From positions 1 through 52,815 of the forward strand of contig JABMNY010000029.1 of assembly GCA_013204385.1 (NCBI GenBank): a DNA stretch of 52,815 bases. Direction: 5' to 3'. A program made the position numbers and the translations under genes. The notes beneath the pieces were generated by a model, which was given only the letters and a program-made list of their open reading frames with translations, had not been told where the DNA came from and did not search any database. Source of the DNA: Candidatus Uhrbacteria bacterium (GTDB lineage Bacteria > Patescibacteriota > Patescibacteriia > UBA9934 > GWF2-40-263). Shown here piece by piece: positions 8,210 through 18,881 of the stretch. Within the stretch, counting starts at the first letter, position 1; every line of letters starts with the position of its first letter.

Positions 8210-11200
8210 TTACGACGTTGGTGGTTCCTCGGCTATTGCGCCGACATCACTTTGCGTCTGAGAATCGATAAGGGTTTCATCCGGACTCTCCGGAGTTGCA
8301 GGAACATCAACTATAACAGCAGGTTCTTCAATAAGTATTTCTCCGGCAATAGGTTCTTCTTCAAGGACTGAATCTTCAGATACCTCTTCTTCAATTTGAT
8401 CGATAACAACCTCCTCCATACTCTCGATCACAATTTCTTCTGCTACCTCTTCTGCAGGTTCATACCCCTTTCGATAGGCTGTAACAATCCAATCGAATTC
8501 AACATCCGCAGATCCAGCAAAACGCTGAACGACGAAATGGTTTTGATCACGCTCTGAGACATACAATGAGGCAGGTCCGTTTGGTGTCACAATAACTCGA
8601 ATTGGAGCCACCGCAGAAATAACATCGTTGTATTCAGGAACAACAGATTCAAATCTAACTTCCGCTGATCCATTCACAAGAGTCGCTGTTCCCGTCAGTG
8701 TGATTAACACTTCCGGAGATGTCACTGCGATCGTCTCTACTTTCTTGTTTTGATAAGAATTGATCACTGTTTTGAGAAGTGCTTCTGTTTTTATTGTTCC
8801 ATCTGCTTCAATGGACCAAAGAGAGCTTATTCCTTCAAGTCTACCAATACTCAAAATCTGATGCGTCGCCATGTAGATGTTTCCACTCATGTTAAGCGCT
8901 GAGAAATTGTTTGATCCTGATACCTGAATGACAGAAGCCGTATTTTGAACAATCGGAACAGCATCGGTTGGAAGCCCCGACCAATACCCAACACTCACAT
9001 AAGCCAATATCAAGTTGTCTGTATCCTTACTTGAATAGGTTTCCAACGCATATCCTACAACCTGTCCAGCCTTTTCGGCTTTCATGGCGACTCCTGGAAC
9101 AGAAGAGGTAGTAAGTGGGTCTCCAACGGCAATCGAGCCATTTTCTGTATTGACCTTTGTAGGCACTCGACCTGCGAGTGCAATTGGATAGGCTCCTTCT
9201 ACATTTTCTCCCGCAAGAAATCCTGGACGTGTTGAAACGATACCAGCAAGTTGTTGCTTTCCAGCTTCTCCCACTGCTCGCTGAACAGCTTCTCCACTTC
9301 CTGCAAACGTAACGATATCTCCTGCGGTGAGCTTTTGATTTGAAGGGAACATCTCCGCAAAGTCATAAGATCCTGTCGACCATCCCTTCGCATTTGTGCG
9401 CATAAAATCTCCTGCGGCACCTGCAGAACCATCGTAGTAAATATATTTGTCTGTTTGTGGCGTCCCACGATCTGATGGATAAATGCGTCCACCCACGATC
9501 ATATCACCAGCAATCTTCATTGTTCCTTCATTTGTAATGTAGGCAACTTCTGACTCAGCTGTATTTTGGATACTCAAACGATAGGAATCTTCATTGTCGA
9601 CAACATTCCTCAGCATCAGCTCAACAGCACTTGCTTCAGAGCCGTTCCATGCTGAGCCTCGAAGAGCTAATCCATAAGAATCAAAAGTGGTTTCACTTAC
9701 GGTCGCTGTTCCCACAGATGAAACAATGACATTATCTGTCACGAGCGTAGATGTCCCGTCGGTTCCAAGAACATCTCCCATCGACCAACTATTGTTTACC
9801 TGAACCATCACTGTAGAACTGACTCCATTCCAATCTTCAAGCGCCATTCCAATTACACGACCCACCTTTGAGGCACGCATAGCCTTTCCTGGCGTTGATG
9901 ATGTTGTGAGGTAATCTCCAACGGAAATTGATCCACCTTCACTCACAACTTTTACAGGCACACGTCCAACCAATGCCACCGGCATTGGATTATCAGATTC
10001 ATTGATATTGTATCCGGCACTTGTAAAGTCTCCATAGTTATTTGAAACGATTCCAACAACAGGACCTTGATAAATTTCTGTCGACTTCACTAGTTCGACA
10101 ATTGTGTCTCCATCTATTGTTGTTACTTCACGAGAGCCTGGAACAACAATATCTCCATAGTCAATTCCTGTAGCCATTGGATATTGCTCTGCATAGTCAG
10201 CAATTGGCGCACCTGTACAATCCTGAATATCGCTATACCCGACTCCATCAGAACACAGAGCCTTGTCATATCCTCCTGCTGTCCCGAAGGTGAAGAATGC
10301 CACACCTGAAGAAGTGATCAACCAATCATTTCCACCTGTGAGAGCGAATACGGTCGAGGCATTGGCATTTCCGATGGAAATGTTGTCTGCAGTAGTTCCT
10401 TCTGTCGCAATCCGAATGGTGTCGTTTGCATCTGAAGTAACTCCTCCTAAATCAATTGTCTTTGTGACTGTATTATCAAAAAGATTGACTGCTGTAGTCG
10501 TATTGGTAATCGTTTCGATCGCAAGCGTTCCAGAAGTTCCTGAATCAGCTAATTCCATGAGTGTATTTCCGGCTGAATCAGAGAATTTCAGTGTTCCAGC
10601 ATCTTGCAGAGAGATGTTAGATGAGGTGTCGTCAAAAAATAGCTGACTATCCCACCCTGCAGCAAGTCGCAATCCATAGGACTGAATCGTTACGCCTGGA
10701 TCTGTTATAGGACCTATATCAATTCCATTCACCGTATCAATTCCTGCTGCATTCGTTGCAGTAAAAGCTCCTAACGCAATCCCTGTATAGTTGCGTCCGT
10801 CTGTAGCCCCACCTGTATAACCCAAACTAAGAGAAAGTGCGGATGAGGACGCGTTCGTTGCAAGAAACGTTAAATCAATTCCGTCGGCTCCACTTGTTGT
10901 TGTTGCTTGTCCTGAATTTGTGATCGAAAGAAGATCCATGTTTGCAGGAGCACTTGCGACAATTTCTACTCCCGTATCAGCATCTGCTCCAAATCGCACA
11001 TCTCCTGATCCAGCTGGCTGAATAAAGAGGCGCTGATTATTTAGTGTTGTGATATCAATGTCTGTATCGGCCGTACTATCAAACATCAATGCCGTATTGT
11101 TATCGATACTGATGCTATGATTATTCGCGTTTGAGAGATCTTGAAGAATAAAAATATCATTACCTCCATTATCTTGAAAAGCTAATCGCGCACCGTTCCC

Positions 11201-13234
11201 GATCCAAAAATTTGGAGAAGCCCCTTCTATATAAATTCCTGCGTCCCACCCATCTGCAATATTGATCGCTGTTTCATTAGTTGAAGCAGAACCTGTAAGA
11301 GCTTCAATCCGCAACGCATGAAGCTCTGAGACTTCTGCGTCACCAATCATGGCATCTGTTGTGATTGCAGAAATTCGATTTGTTCCACCTGTTGCATTCC
11401 CTATATCAAGATCAATCTGAAGTCCGGTGTGAATGTTTGTGCCCGTAGTATCAGCAGGAGTTGCGTAGTTAATTTCTAAAATCGGATTGATGACAGAACT
11501 AGCATCATCCGCTAAGAGCGGATCACGCATGATGATTGTTTGTGCAATTCCTCCTATTTCCCAATCGATTTGATCATCAGTACTTGCAATCAAAGAAGTG
11601 TCACCATCTGAATCTAAATCAAGAAGAGCCCCTTTGAGACTGATACCCCCTGAGAGATTTGCGATTCCCGCCACATCCAATACAGCATCTACTTCCAGAT
11701 CACTGGTCACATACAGATCTCCTGCGCCTGTAGCGACAACGGGTGTTCCCGTTCCAATTCGAACCTCATCCGCAGCCGTAGCATTAAGAACAAGATGTGC
11801 TCCAACAGAATCGATATTATCTCCTCCAACAAGCAGATCCCCGTCCATTGTGATGGCACCAATCCCTGTGAGATCTCCTGTCGTCGAGATATCCCAATCT
11901 GATGAATTGATTTGCATGGTATCACCTCCATCCCCTAATAAGACTGAACCTCCTGGGGTGAGTGTAAACACACCCGTTGAAGTGAATGTTGTAGAGGCTC
12001 CATCAAATGCAATATCTGTATCCGCAATCGAAACATTTCCATTCGCATCAAACAGACCGCCCATCGTGATGGCACCAATGCCAGTGAGGTCCCCTGTTGT
12101 TGAGATATCCCAATCTGATGAATCAATCGAGAGAACATCTCCTCCATCACCAATCACTGTTGCTTGCGCGAACGCCAAATCTCCTCCTGCAATCGTCAGA
12201 AGAAGATCTGTCGTTCCCGTCGTTGTAATAAGTCCTGACCCAAATGTTGTATCGGCTCCTGCAAAGAACCCTCCATCTGTATAAATTGCCCCTTCAACTC
12301 CTAAGGTCCCAGCAACAAATAGGTCATCCCCCCCTAAGGAAAAGGAGGTATGAGCAAGTGTTTCTGTCGCTGATGTAGATGCCCCAATAACAAGATCATT
12401 ATCAATAAATGCATCCCCCAAGACTTCAAGCTCATCGGCAATCCGTAGATCACCGACTCCACCTGATCCATAAGTAAACGCGGCATCAATACCGATGATC
12501 GTTGCTGCATCATCTTCAAAAGATCCGTTTGTTCCTGTCTCCCAATGAGCAGCATTTGTAATATCGGCGGAGTAAGCCACTGTCCCAGAAGCATTCTGAA
12601 ACGTAATCGTTCTATTTAGGGTTGGATCTGTAAACGCAAATGTTGTTGTCACGCTATTGTTTGTTCCTCCTTCGAATACGAGCGGTGATGCGCCGACAAG
12701 CTCAGCACCACTAAAATCATAATCTCCGGTTCCGGTATCCCCATTTGAGGCGAGAAATCCCGTTGAATCAATACCATCTAACCGCTGGGCGTTGAGAGCA
12801 TATGGCGAGGCAGTGAATCGTCGTCGAGGAGTGAGTGTCTCTCCAGCGATAATTACCTCAAGGTACACAGATGCGTTATCTGCGAACACAGAGTCTGCAA
12901 TCGCGGCATAAGATGCTCCTGTATCTCCCAAATTCTCTGTAAAAAGACCTGAGGAAAGAGTTACAGAACGAGCGACGATGGACGCGGGAGTATTTGTGTA
13001 ACAATCAGCTGAATCATTTGACCAAAGACAGGTTCCACCAGAAAGAGCTGTATACAGAGCGAACTTTATACTGAGGGATGCATCTGCAACAGGAACTCCA
13101 TTGGCATTTAGGACACGACCCTGATACGTCACGATATTTGGAGGAGCAACTGCTGCATTCAAAAAGCCAAAACTGCTGAGTAACATTGTCAGCATCAGTA
13201 AGGCTCCGAATTTTTTCCTCCACGTACGGAACAT
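8210..13234 (-). CDS. Giant secreted/surface adhesin- or fibre-like protein (~1670 aa)
   Basis: Signal peptide after ATG 13234, N-terminal YQGRV...PRRRFTASPYA domain, G/T/D-rich beta repeats, and two copies of a (A/Y)D(Y/F)AE...P(V/I)ALxGRVPxKV...GDxLTTS module resembling peptidase G2 IMC autoproteolytic domains. Confidence 0.8.
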   Translation of the reverse strand: MFRTWRKKFGALLMLTMLLSSFGFLNAAVAPPNIVTYQGRVLNANGVPVADASLSIKFALYTALSGGTCLWSNDSADCYTNTPASIVARSVTLSSGLFTENLGDTGASYAAIADSVFADNASVYLEVIIAGETLTPRRRFTASPYALNAQRLDGIDSTGFLASNGDTGTGDYDFSGAELVGASPLVFEGGTNNSVTTTFAFTDPTLNRTITFQNASGTVAYSADITNAAHWETGTNGSFEDDAATIIGIDAAFTYGSGGVGDLRIADELEVLGDAFIDNDLVIGASTSATETLAHTSFSLGGDDLFVAGTLGVEGAIYTDGGFFAGADTTFGSGLITTTGTTDLLLTIAGGDLAFAQATVIGDGGDVLSIDSSDWDISTTGDLTGIGAITMGGLFDANGNVSIADTDIAFDGASTTFTSTGVFTLTPGGSVLLGDGGDTMQINSSDWDISTTGDLTGIGAITMDGDLLVGGDNIDSVGAHLVLNATAADEVRIGTGTPVVATGAGDLYVTSDLEVDAVLDVAGIANLSGGISLKGALLDLDSDGDTSLIASTDDQIDWEIGGIAQTIIMRDPLLADDASSVINPILEINYATPADTTGTNIHTGLQIDLDIGNATGGTNRISAITTDAMIGDAEVSELHALRIEALTGSASTNETAINIADGWDAGIYIEGASPNFWIGNGARLAFQDNGGNDIFILQDLSNANNHSISIDNNTALMFDSTADTDIDITTLNNQRLFIQPAGSGDVRFGADADTGVEIVASAPANMDLLSITNSGQATTTSGADGIDLTFLATNASSSALSLSLGYTGGATDGRNYTGIALGAFTATNAAGIDTVNGIDIGPITDPGVTIQSYGLRLAAGWDSQLFFDDTSSNISLQDAGTLKFSDSAGNTLMELADSGTSGTLAIETITNTTTAVNLFDNTVTKTIDLGGVTSDANDTIRIATEGTTADNISIGNANASTVFALTGGNDWLITSSGVAFFTFGTAGGYDKALCSDGVGYSDIQDCTGAPIADYAEQYPMATGIDYGDIVVPGSREVTTIDGDTIVELVKSTEIYQGPVVGIVSNNYGDFTSAGYNINESDNPMPVALVGRVPVKVVSEGGSISVGDYLTTSSTPGKAMRASKVGRVIGMALEDWNGVSSTVMVQVNNSWSMGDVLGTDGTSTLVTDNVIVSSVGTATVSETTFDSYGLALRGSAWNGSEASAVELMLRNVVDNEDSYRLSIQNTAESEVAYITNEGTMKIAGDMIVGGRIYPSDRGTPQTDKYIYYDGSAGAAGDFMRTNAKGWSTGSYDFAEMFPSNQKLTAGDIVTFAGSGEAVQRAVGEAGKQQLAGIVSTRPGFLAGENVEGAYPIALAGRVPTKVNTENGSIAVGDPLTTSSVPGVAMKAEKAGQVVGYALETYSSKDTDNLILAYVSVGYWSGLPTDAVPIVQNTASVIQVSGSNNFSALNMSGNIYMATHQILSIGRLEGISSLWSIEADGTIKTEALLKTVINSYQNKKVETIAVTSPEVLITLTGTATLVNGSAEVRFESVVPEYNDVISAVAPIRVIVTPNGPASLYVSERDQNHFVVQRFAGSADVEFDWIVTAYRKGYEPAEEVAEEIVIESMEEVVIDQIEEEVSEDSVLEEEPIAGEILIEEPAVIVDVPATPESPDETLIDSQTQSDVGAIAEEPPTS
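11850..12128 (-). repeat. Intragenic duplicated module in the giant surface protein
   Basis: Two copies (~11850-11912 and ~12066-12128) encoding SSDWDISTTGDLTGIGAITM. Confidence 0.8.
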
Positions 13235-13244
13235 AGTATTTATC

Positions 13245-16200
13245 TTAGTTTGAAGTCTCCTCTGAAACGAGAGGGACTTCTTCTGCGAATCCTTTTGGCT
13301 CCTTTGCAAGAGAATAATCAATCGGATCAATCTGATTTGTTTTGTACCCTTGTTTTTGGAAGGTGGCGAAATACTGGTTTGGACCCAACATAAACGCGTA
13401 TCTCCCTTTACTGTCCGTTACCTGTGTTTCAAGAAGCTTGTTGTATTTTGGTTCAAAGATGCGTGCTACCACTCGCGAAAGTGGTCGCCCTGTTTCTTTG
13501 CTGTAAACAATCCCCCAACTGATCGGTCGGTGAGGTTTTGCGAGCCGTCGAACAACGAAATACATGAGAGCCTGAATCCCGACCATGAGAATCGAGAACA
13601 AATTTGGTCGAATAATGGCAAACACCACAGCACCGATAAAACCTACAACCGCAATTCCATGTTGAAGAGCTCTAAGGATCTTTCTTTGCTGAATAGCTTT
13701 TGGAGCTTGATACTTTTCTGCTTGTGATGGATCGAGTGGAATGTTTGCGGTGACAACGACCCCGTCGGATGCAACCTCCAATGATTCTCCATGATACACA
13801 TCCAGGTACGCTCCATCTGTTGTCTCATCTTTTAGATAATCAGAAGGAAATGTGAATCCAGGTTTACTGACTTGAATTCGATACGTTCCTGGTGGCACCA
13901 AGAAATAGTATCTTCCTCCTTTATCTGTTACACGACTCTTAACGAGACGACCGTGCGCACCGGTCGCCTCATCTTGAGATTCAATGCGGAACAGGCGCAC
14001 AACCGCCAGATCCACGGGAGTTTTCGATATGGCATTGTAAACGATTCCGTATCCTTTTCTCCGTCGTCGCCATAAAAAGAGAATTGGCGCCGTGAATAAG
14101 TATTGAAGAAATGGAAGGAAGTCGAATGCTACTGAAAGAACAACGACGCTTACCCCAGCACTGATCGCCAAAGCAGGTGTTGAAATTTCTGCCGTCTTTT
14201 CTACTCCTGGAAGATCTCGAATGAGATCTAATGTCTCTTGAACTACCTGAATAGGTAGAGATTGAATGAACGACTCACTGATTGAGGCTTGATCCTCAGT
14301 TTGCACTCCAGCCAATTCTTCTGCAGGTGTTTCTTCTATGACTCCTACTTCCTCTTCTTCTTGCTTGACCAGAGTAAGAAGAATTCGAGGATTCACAATG
14401 AAGTTACTGATGGTTAATTTTGCACTGTTTGCAGAATTGAATCCATCAGACGAAGCAGACACGAGATATGTTCCGTTTTGAACATACCAAGCAAAGGAAC
14501 CATCTGTAGTGACTGATGTTGGATTGAACTGACTCCATGGGGACCCATCCCAGACAATCATTTCGTTTCCAACTTCTTGAAAGAGCGTAACGGATGCAGA
14601 ACTCACGACCGCTTCTTCACCATCGATGACCTGAGAGATATTGCCTTGTGCAACAACGTTCAAGTATGAAGAAACGGTATCCGTAACTCCATTCTCATAG
14701 GTGACAAGCACGGACACCTGAAGAATGGTTTGCACGTTTGGAATTGTGAAATCTGCGATGTAAAGAGCGAGTGCATCATCAAGACGCATGAGATATGTGT
14801 CCGACCCTACTGTCAGAATGATTGTACTGACGCCGTCGGATAGGGAAGATTCGGGAATCGCAATCCGCATCGTACTTGTGGGAAGTACATCGACCACACC
14901 GGAGCGCGCGACCGTGAGCGTAATGGATTCATCTGCTACCAGATAGATTAGATCGGTATCGCTGAGGACTCCTGCTTCCGTACCCAAGGAAGTAGGTTCT
15001 TCAGTTTCACCGCAATCTTCTGGACATGACTCTGAGGATTCAGACTCTGAACAGACAGCATCACCGCAGGAAACCGCCGAATCCGTTGGAGTTGTGTCAG
15101 TTGCTGTGTCTTCTTCCTCGTCTTCTTCTGTTGAGGTATCCGTTGAAGGTTCAGGCTCGGTGGAGTCATCTATAGCTTCACCGTCCGTCCCCTCGTCAGA
15201 GGGCACCTCTTCTTCTGAAGCCTGTGGTGTACCCATCACCAAAGCTCCAGAAGCAAACTGCCCTGCTGTATCGTACGCAAAAACGCCGAAATAATAAGGT
15301 GTTCCATTTGTGAGACCTGTCTGAGTCAACGAAGTTGTAAGACTTGTTGAAACAACCGTGCACGCACTGTCTGTTGGTCCTGTTGGATACCCAGTCAAAC
15401 AGCGAACAACTCGAATACCTGCAAGATCACTGTCTGTTGGATTCGTCCAAGAAAGAATCAACTGTGTGTCCCCTTCGCTTACCGACAATCCAGCAACATT
15501 TCCTGGAGCATCATCTGCATCTGTCTCAAACGTCCCATCACTCGATGATGCTTGATTGGATGAAGCATCTGTGGAAAGGACTTGGTAGTGATAGCTTGTC
15601 CCTGCATTCAATTCTGTAAGTAGTACAGAATGACTCAACTCCAGTGTCGCACTTGAGCCAGAAGAACCATAAGAAGCTGTTTCCCCGTAGTACACAAGAC
15701 TGTCTGCCAATTCATTTGTTGTCCAAGTCACTCGAGCAGATGTTGTCGTAATGTCTGTCACCACAACGGATGAAATTACAGGAGCGGTTGCATCAAGTGT
15801 TGTAAACGTCTGAACACTTGAAGTTGACGTGTTTCCTGAACTGTCCGTTGAGGTTACGGTAAACGAATAGCTTGTTCCTTCTGTAAGTCCTGACAATGAA
15901 ATTGCGTGCGCAGTGTAATATCCGCTCCGCGTTGCTGAACTACTCGAAGATGAGCCCGTCACCCAATACAAGACGGAACTTACAGCAGCTTCATCCGTCG
16001 ACCACGAAACAGTCGCAGTTGAAGTGGTAATTCCGGACACAACAATCCCAGAAATGACTGGAGCAGTTGTATCTGATGTTGCTGGGACCGTTTCTCCACC
16101 TCCTCCTCCGCCTCCACCACTTGAGGGAACGGTTGCTGTTACTCCTATCGAATCATCACCTCCAATAGGCAAAACAATTGATCCAGAGTCCGCAAATGTT

Positions 16201-16697
16201 CCTCCAATTGAGATGAAATAGGCTCCAGCGTTTGGTGGATTCGTTACTTGGTTTGCTCCTGTTCCAGAACTTGTTGCATTCGTTCCGATTTCAACAGTCA
16301 CAACACTTGTTGCAGCCATTGCTCCGCCATCGCCTGCACAAATAGTGATCGTGACAATGTCTGAAGCAATCGAGACAGAAGCTTGTTCTGAGCCAGCACA
16401 CGTTCCTGCTGTTGTCAGATCAACTCCATCATCTGCGACGTCAATATCATCTTCTGTAAGAGAAGATGTATCAAAGGCGGACGCAAATTGAACAGTAATC
16501 GTTTCTCCTTCTAAGACACCTGTTGGCGTTGTAAAGAGCACTTTGTGATTTGAGGCTTGGGACGTTTGAAGTGTCGATGGGTAGTCGTTTGCACTTGAAA
16601 CGGTTGCTGCCAAGGTTGTCGAAACAACCACAACAGCCGCTGTCAAAATGACCGCGGCTAATGTGAGTGTTTGACTGACCCTCCTAAGTATTCGCAC
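13245..16697 (-). CDS. Large surface protein with fibronectin type III-like repeats and carboxypeptidase-regulatory-like domains
   Basis: Signal peptide, DTTAPVIS...ATVSWSTD FN3-like repeats, acidic linker, TM segments, VTDKGGRY and VTDSKGRY Ig-like domains. Confidence 0.8.
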   Translation of the reverse strand: MRILRRVSQTLTLAAVILTAAVVVVSTTLAATVSSANDYPSTLQTSQASNHKVLFTTPTGVLEGETITVQFASAFDTSSLTEDDIDVADDGVDLTTAGTCAGSEQASVSIASDIVTITICAGDGGAMAATSVVTVEIGTNATSSGTGANQVTNPPNAGAYFISIGGTFADSGSIVLPIGGDDSIGVTATVPSSGGGGGGGGETVPATSDTTAPVISGIVVSGITTSTATVSWSTDEAAVSSVLYWVTGSSSSSSATRSGYYTAHAISLSGLTEGTSYSFTVTSTDSSGNTSTSSVQTFTTLDATAPVISSVVVTDITTTSARVTWTTNELADSLVYYGETASYGSSGSSATLELSHSVLLTELNAGTSYHYQVLSTDASSNQASSSDGTFETDADDAPGNVAGLSVSEGDTQLILSWTNPTDSDLAGIRVVRCLTGYPTGPTDSACTVVSTSLTTSLTQTGLTNGTPYYFGVFAYDTAGQFASGALVMGTPQASEEEVPSDEGTDGEAIDDSTEPEPSTDTSTEEDEEEDTATDTTPTDSAVSCGDAVCSESESSESCPEDCGETEEPTSLGTEAGVLSDTDLIYLVADESITLTVARSGVVDVLPTSTMRIAIPESSLSDGVSTIILTVGSDTYLMRLDDALALYIADFTIPNVQTILQVSVLVTYENGVTDTVSSYLNVVAQGNISQVIDGEEAVVSSASVTLFQEVGNEMIVWDGSPWSQFNPTSVTTDGSFAWYVQNGTYLVSASSDGFNSANSAKLTISNFIVNPRILLTLVKQEEEEVGVIEETPAEELAGVQTEDQASISESFIQSLPIQVVQETLDLIRDLPGVEKTAEISTPALAISAGVSVVVLSVAFDFLPFLQYLFTAPILFLWRRRRKGYGIVYNAISKTPVDLAVVRLFRIESQDEATGAHGRLVKSRVTDKGGRYYFLVPPGTYRIQVSKPGFTFPSDYLKDETTDGAYLDVYHGESLEVASDGVVVTANIPLDPSQAEKYQAPKAIQQRKILRALQHGIAVVGFIGAVVFAIIRPNLFSILMVGIQALMYFVVRRLAKPHRPISWGIVYSKETGRPLSRVVARIFEPKYNKLLETQVTDSKGRYAFMLGPNQYFATFQKQGYKTNQIDPIDYSLAKEPKGFAEEVPLVSEETSN

Positions 16698-16705
16698 ACA
16701 TGAAT

Positions 16706-17623
16706 CTATTTAGACTTTTTTTGACGCTTTCTGAACAGGGCCAGGAGAACAAGAAGTCCTCCAACAAGGATCGAGATCAGCTCCCATGGAGTCGACCAGA
16801 TGGAAGCTTCTGCAGTAATTTCTCCGCTTGTTCCGTAAGAAAGATGTAACTCTGCAGTCATTGGCCCGATTGCAAGGTGACTCAACTGGTACCCGGCACG
16901 TTCCATGAATGAAAGACCATTCATTTCATACAAGACTTGGAACAAACGTGTTGAATCCGGGAGCACTCGTCCCTGAGCCTGATTGGCGTCCAAAACGGCG
17001 ATAACATTTCCAAAGGGGCCTTTGAGTTTCACAGACCCTTCTGGAGTCAGATGCACATTCCCTTGATTCTGAACACGAAAGGAAAATAAGCTTTGTGGAA
17101 GTGTTGTTCCTTTATGCTCTACATTGAATTCAAGGAGCGCCAAGGACTCGGTTGTTTCTCCTTCTACAGTAAGGAATACGAGCATTGCTGTTTTAGCCTC
17201 GATCGTTGCTCCGTTTGTAGTTACAACATCTGTCGGAGCCGTTGAGACTGTAATGGCAATGTAATATCCACCAGAAGGGACATCGTCTGGGACAATTACT
17301 TGAAAAGGAACAGAAACTTTGGATTGGGCTGGCACGAGAACTTCCTTTGTAGGAAATTTGATCCAGTAAGCAAGCTCATCTGTAGGGTCTATGGGGGCAA
17401 ATGCTGGTGTACCTGTTTCCTCAGTTGGTGTGAACCCAAGTAAATCGAGAAAATACACTTGTTCACTTGCGCCTGTGTTGATAATCGTGACAGCGGATTC
17501 AATCTCTTGACCCCGAGCAGATGTCAGCTCGATGGTGCTTGGAGAAATTGTCGCCGCTCTTCCTATATAAGGACTCAACAAAAGCGTAAGTGCACAAAAT
17601 CCAATTGTTAAATACGTTCTCAT
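16706..17623 (-). CDS. DUF916-like (WxL-partner) surface protein with C-terminal membrane anchor
   Basis: Signal peptide, VPFQVIVPDDVPSGGYY, VQNQGNVHLTP, C-terminal TM followed by KRQKKSK. Start taken at ATG 17623. Confidence 0.7.
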   Translation of the reverse strand: MRTYLTIGFCALTLLLSPYIGRAATISPSTIELTSARGQEIESAVTIINTGASEQVYFLDLLGFTPTEETGTPAFAPIDPTDELAYWIKFPTKEVLVPAQSKVSVPFQVIVPDDVPSGGYYIAITVSTAPTDVVTTNGATIEAKTAMLVFLTVEGETTESLALLEFNVEHKGTTLPQSLFSFRVQNQGNVHLTPEGSVKLKGPFGNVIAVLDANQAQGRVLPDSTRLFQVLYEMNGLSFMERAGYQLSHLAIGPMTAELHLSYGTSGEITAEASIWSTPWELISILVGGLLVLLALFRKRQKKSK

Positions 17624-17624
17624 A

Positions 17625-18524
17625 CTAGAAATTTGCCGAAGCGATGAGTGAAATGGTCTGACTATAGGACCCAGAAGTCGTTGATGCATTAATTGAGGTC
17701 TTCAATGTGATGAAATTTCGACTTTCGAAACTTGCTGTTGATTCAGAAGCAATATCTTGATACGTCGTAGTGATCCCTGTATCAGCTGTATCAAATGTGG
17801 AAGTGCTAATAGATGTGTCAGAGGATATTCCTCCATACTCTTCTGATCCTGCTGTAACTGCTCCATCAGATACATCGTCTATATCACTAGCTCCTGATCT
17901 TAATGCTCCGTCTTCAAAAATCTGTACAACATAGCCATTGTCATTCACGGCCGTTACCTCAAAACCAATGATTGCAGTACTTACTGTTGATGAACTTAGA
18001 TTTCCAAGTGCTACGGATGTACCACTCAAGAGGTACACTTTGTCTCCTGACCCATCAATCGTTGGAGTCGTTCCACTTGTTTTCCAAGCATCCACCGTGA
18101 CCACACCGCTTCCAATCGAGGATATTCTACCGATTGCTGAAATTTGAGAAACTCCTTCATCTTGAATAACGACGATCAAATCATTCACCGACAGTCCCGT
18201 TGTGCTTGTTGTTACAGTTGTTCCTGAGAGAGTAGTCGCTGTTCGCCCAGATGAAGCATCTTGCCCAACTGCTTCAAATGTAATGAGCTGAGTATCCACT
18301 CGATATCCTTGGTTCAACTGATACGATGCACTTGCTGAGGTACCTGCGGTTGTACTCTCAACCGTGTCATTGAGAAGGTAAGTAGATGAAGAAGCAGTAT
18401 CAGAACCTCCAGTGCTGACAGTGTCCCACCGAATAATGAAATTGCTGGAAGTCATATCTGCCTGAGCAAAACTTGCCCATACAAAAAACCCCACAATCGC
18501 AAAGGAGAAAATTTGTTGCTTCAT
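17625..18524 (-). CDS. Secreted S/T-rich protein (WxL-like partner)
   Basis: Signal peptide ending AQA and C-terminal GSYSQTISLIASANF; first gene of the surface cluster. Confidence 0.7.
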   Translation of the reverse strand: MKQQIFSFAIVGFFVWASFAQADMTSSNFIIRWDTVSTGGSDTASSSTYLLNDTVESTTAGTSASASYQLNQGYRVDTQLITFEAVGQDASSGRTATTLSGTTVTTSTTGLSVNDLIVVIQDEGVSQISAIGRISSIGSGVVTVDAWKTSGTTPTIDGSGDKVYLLSGTSVALGNLSSSTVSTAIIGFEVTAVNDNGYVVQIFEDGALRSGASDIDDVSDGAVTAGSEEYGGISSDTSISTSTFDTADTGITTTYQDIASESTASFESRNFITLKTSINASTTSGSYSQTISLIASANF

Positions 18525-18673
18525 ACCTTTTACCTTTACAACAGTAGTATATCATGAATACTAAATGTAGTCAACCCATTTCTTCGCTAATCTTAGCGAA
18601 GAAATCAACGTTCTTTTTCCGGAAAGTAAACAAATTGAGATCTTTTAGTCAATTCTTCAAGCATTTTCGACAC

Positions 18674-18715
18674 TTATCCCCAAATGTCCATCTTTGTCCA
18701 GTCTAGTGTGGACAA
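18674..18715. promoter_or_regulatory. Two single-mismatch DnaA boxes
   Basis: TTATCCCCA (18674-18682) and TGTGGACAA (18707-18715) compared with consensus TTATCCACA. Confidence 0.45.
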
Positions 18716-18734
18716 ATATATCGATTTTCTTCAA

Positions 18735-18750
18735 TGTTTCACGTGGAACA
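18735..18750. promoter_or_regulatory. parS site
   Basis: TGTTTCACGTGGAACA matches the bacterial parS consensus. Confidence 0.85.
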
Positions 18751-18881
18751 AAATAAACACACCAGTTGACTGGTGTGTTTATTTTAAAACTGATTGATTT
18801 TTTCTACAGACTTCTTATGTGCACAAAAGAGCTTCTTTCAACTGACCAACAAACGAACTTAATCTATTATATTATGTGGAA

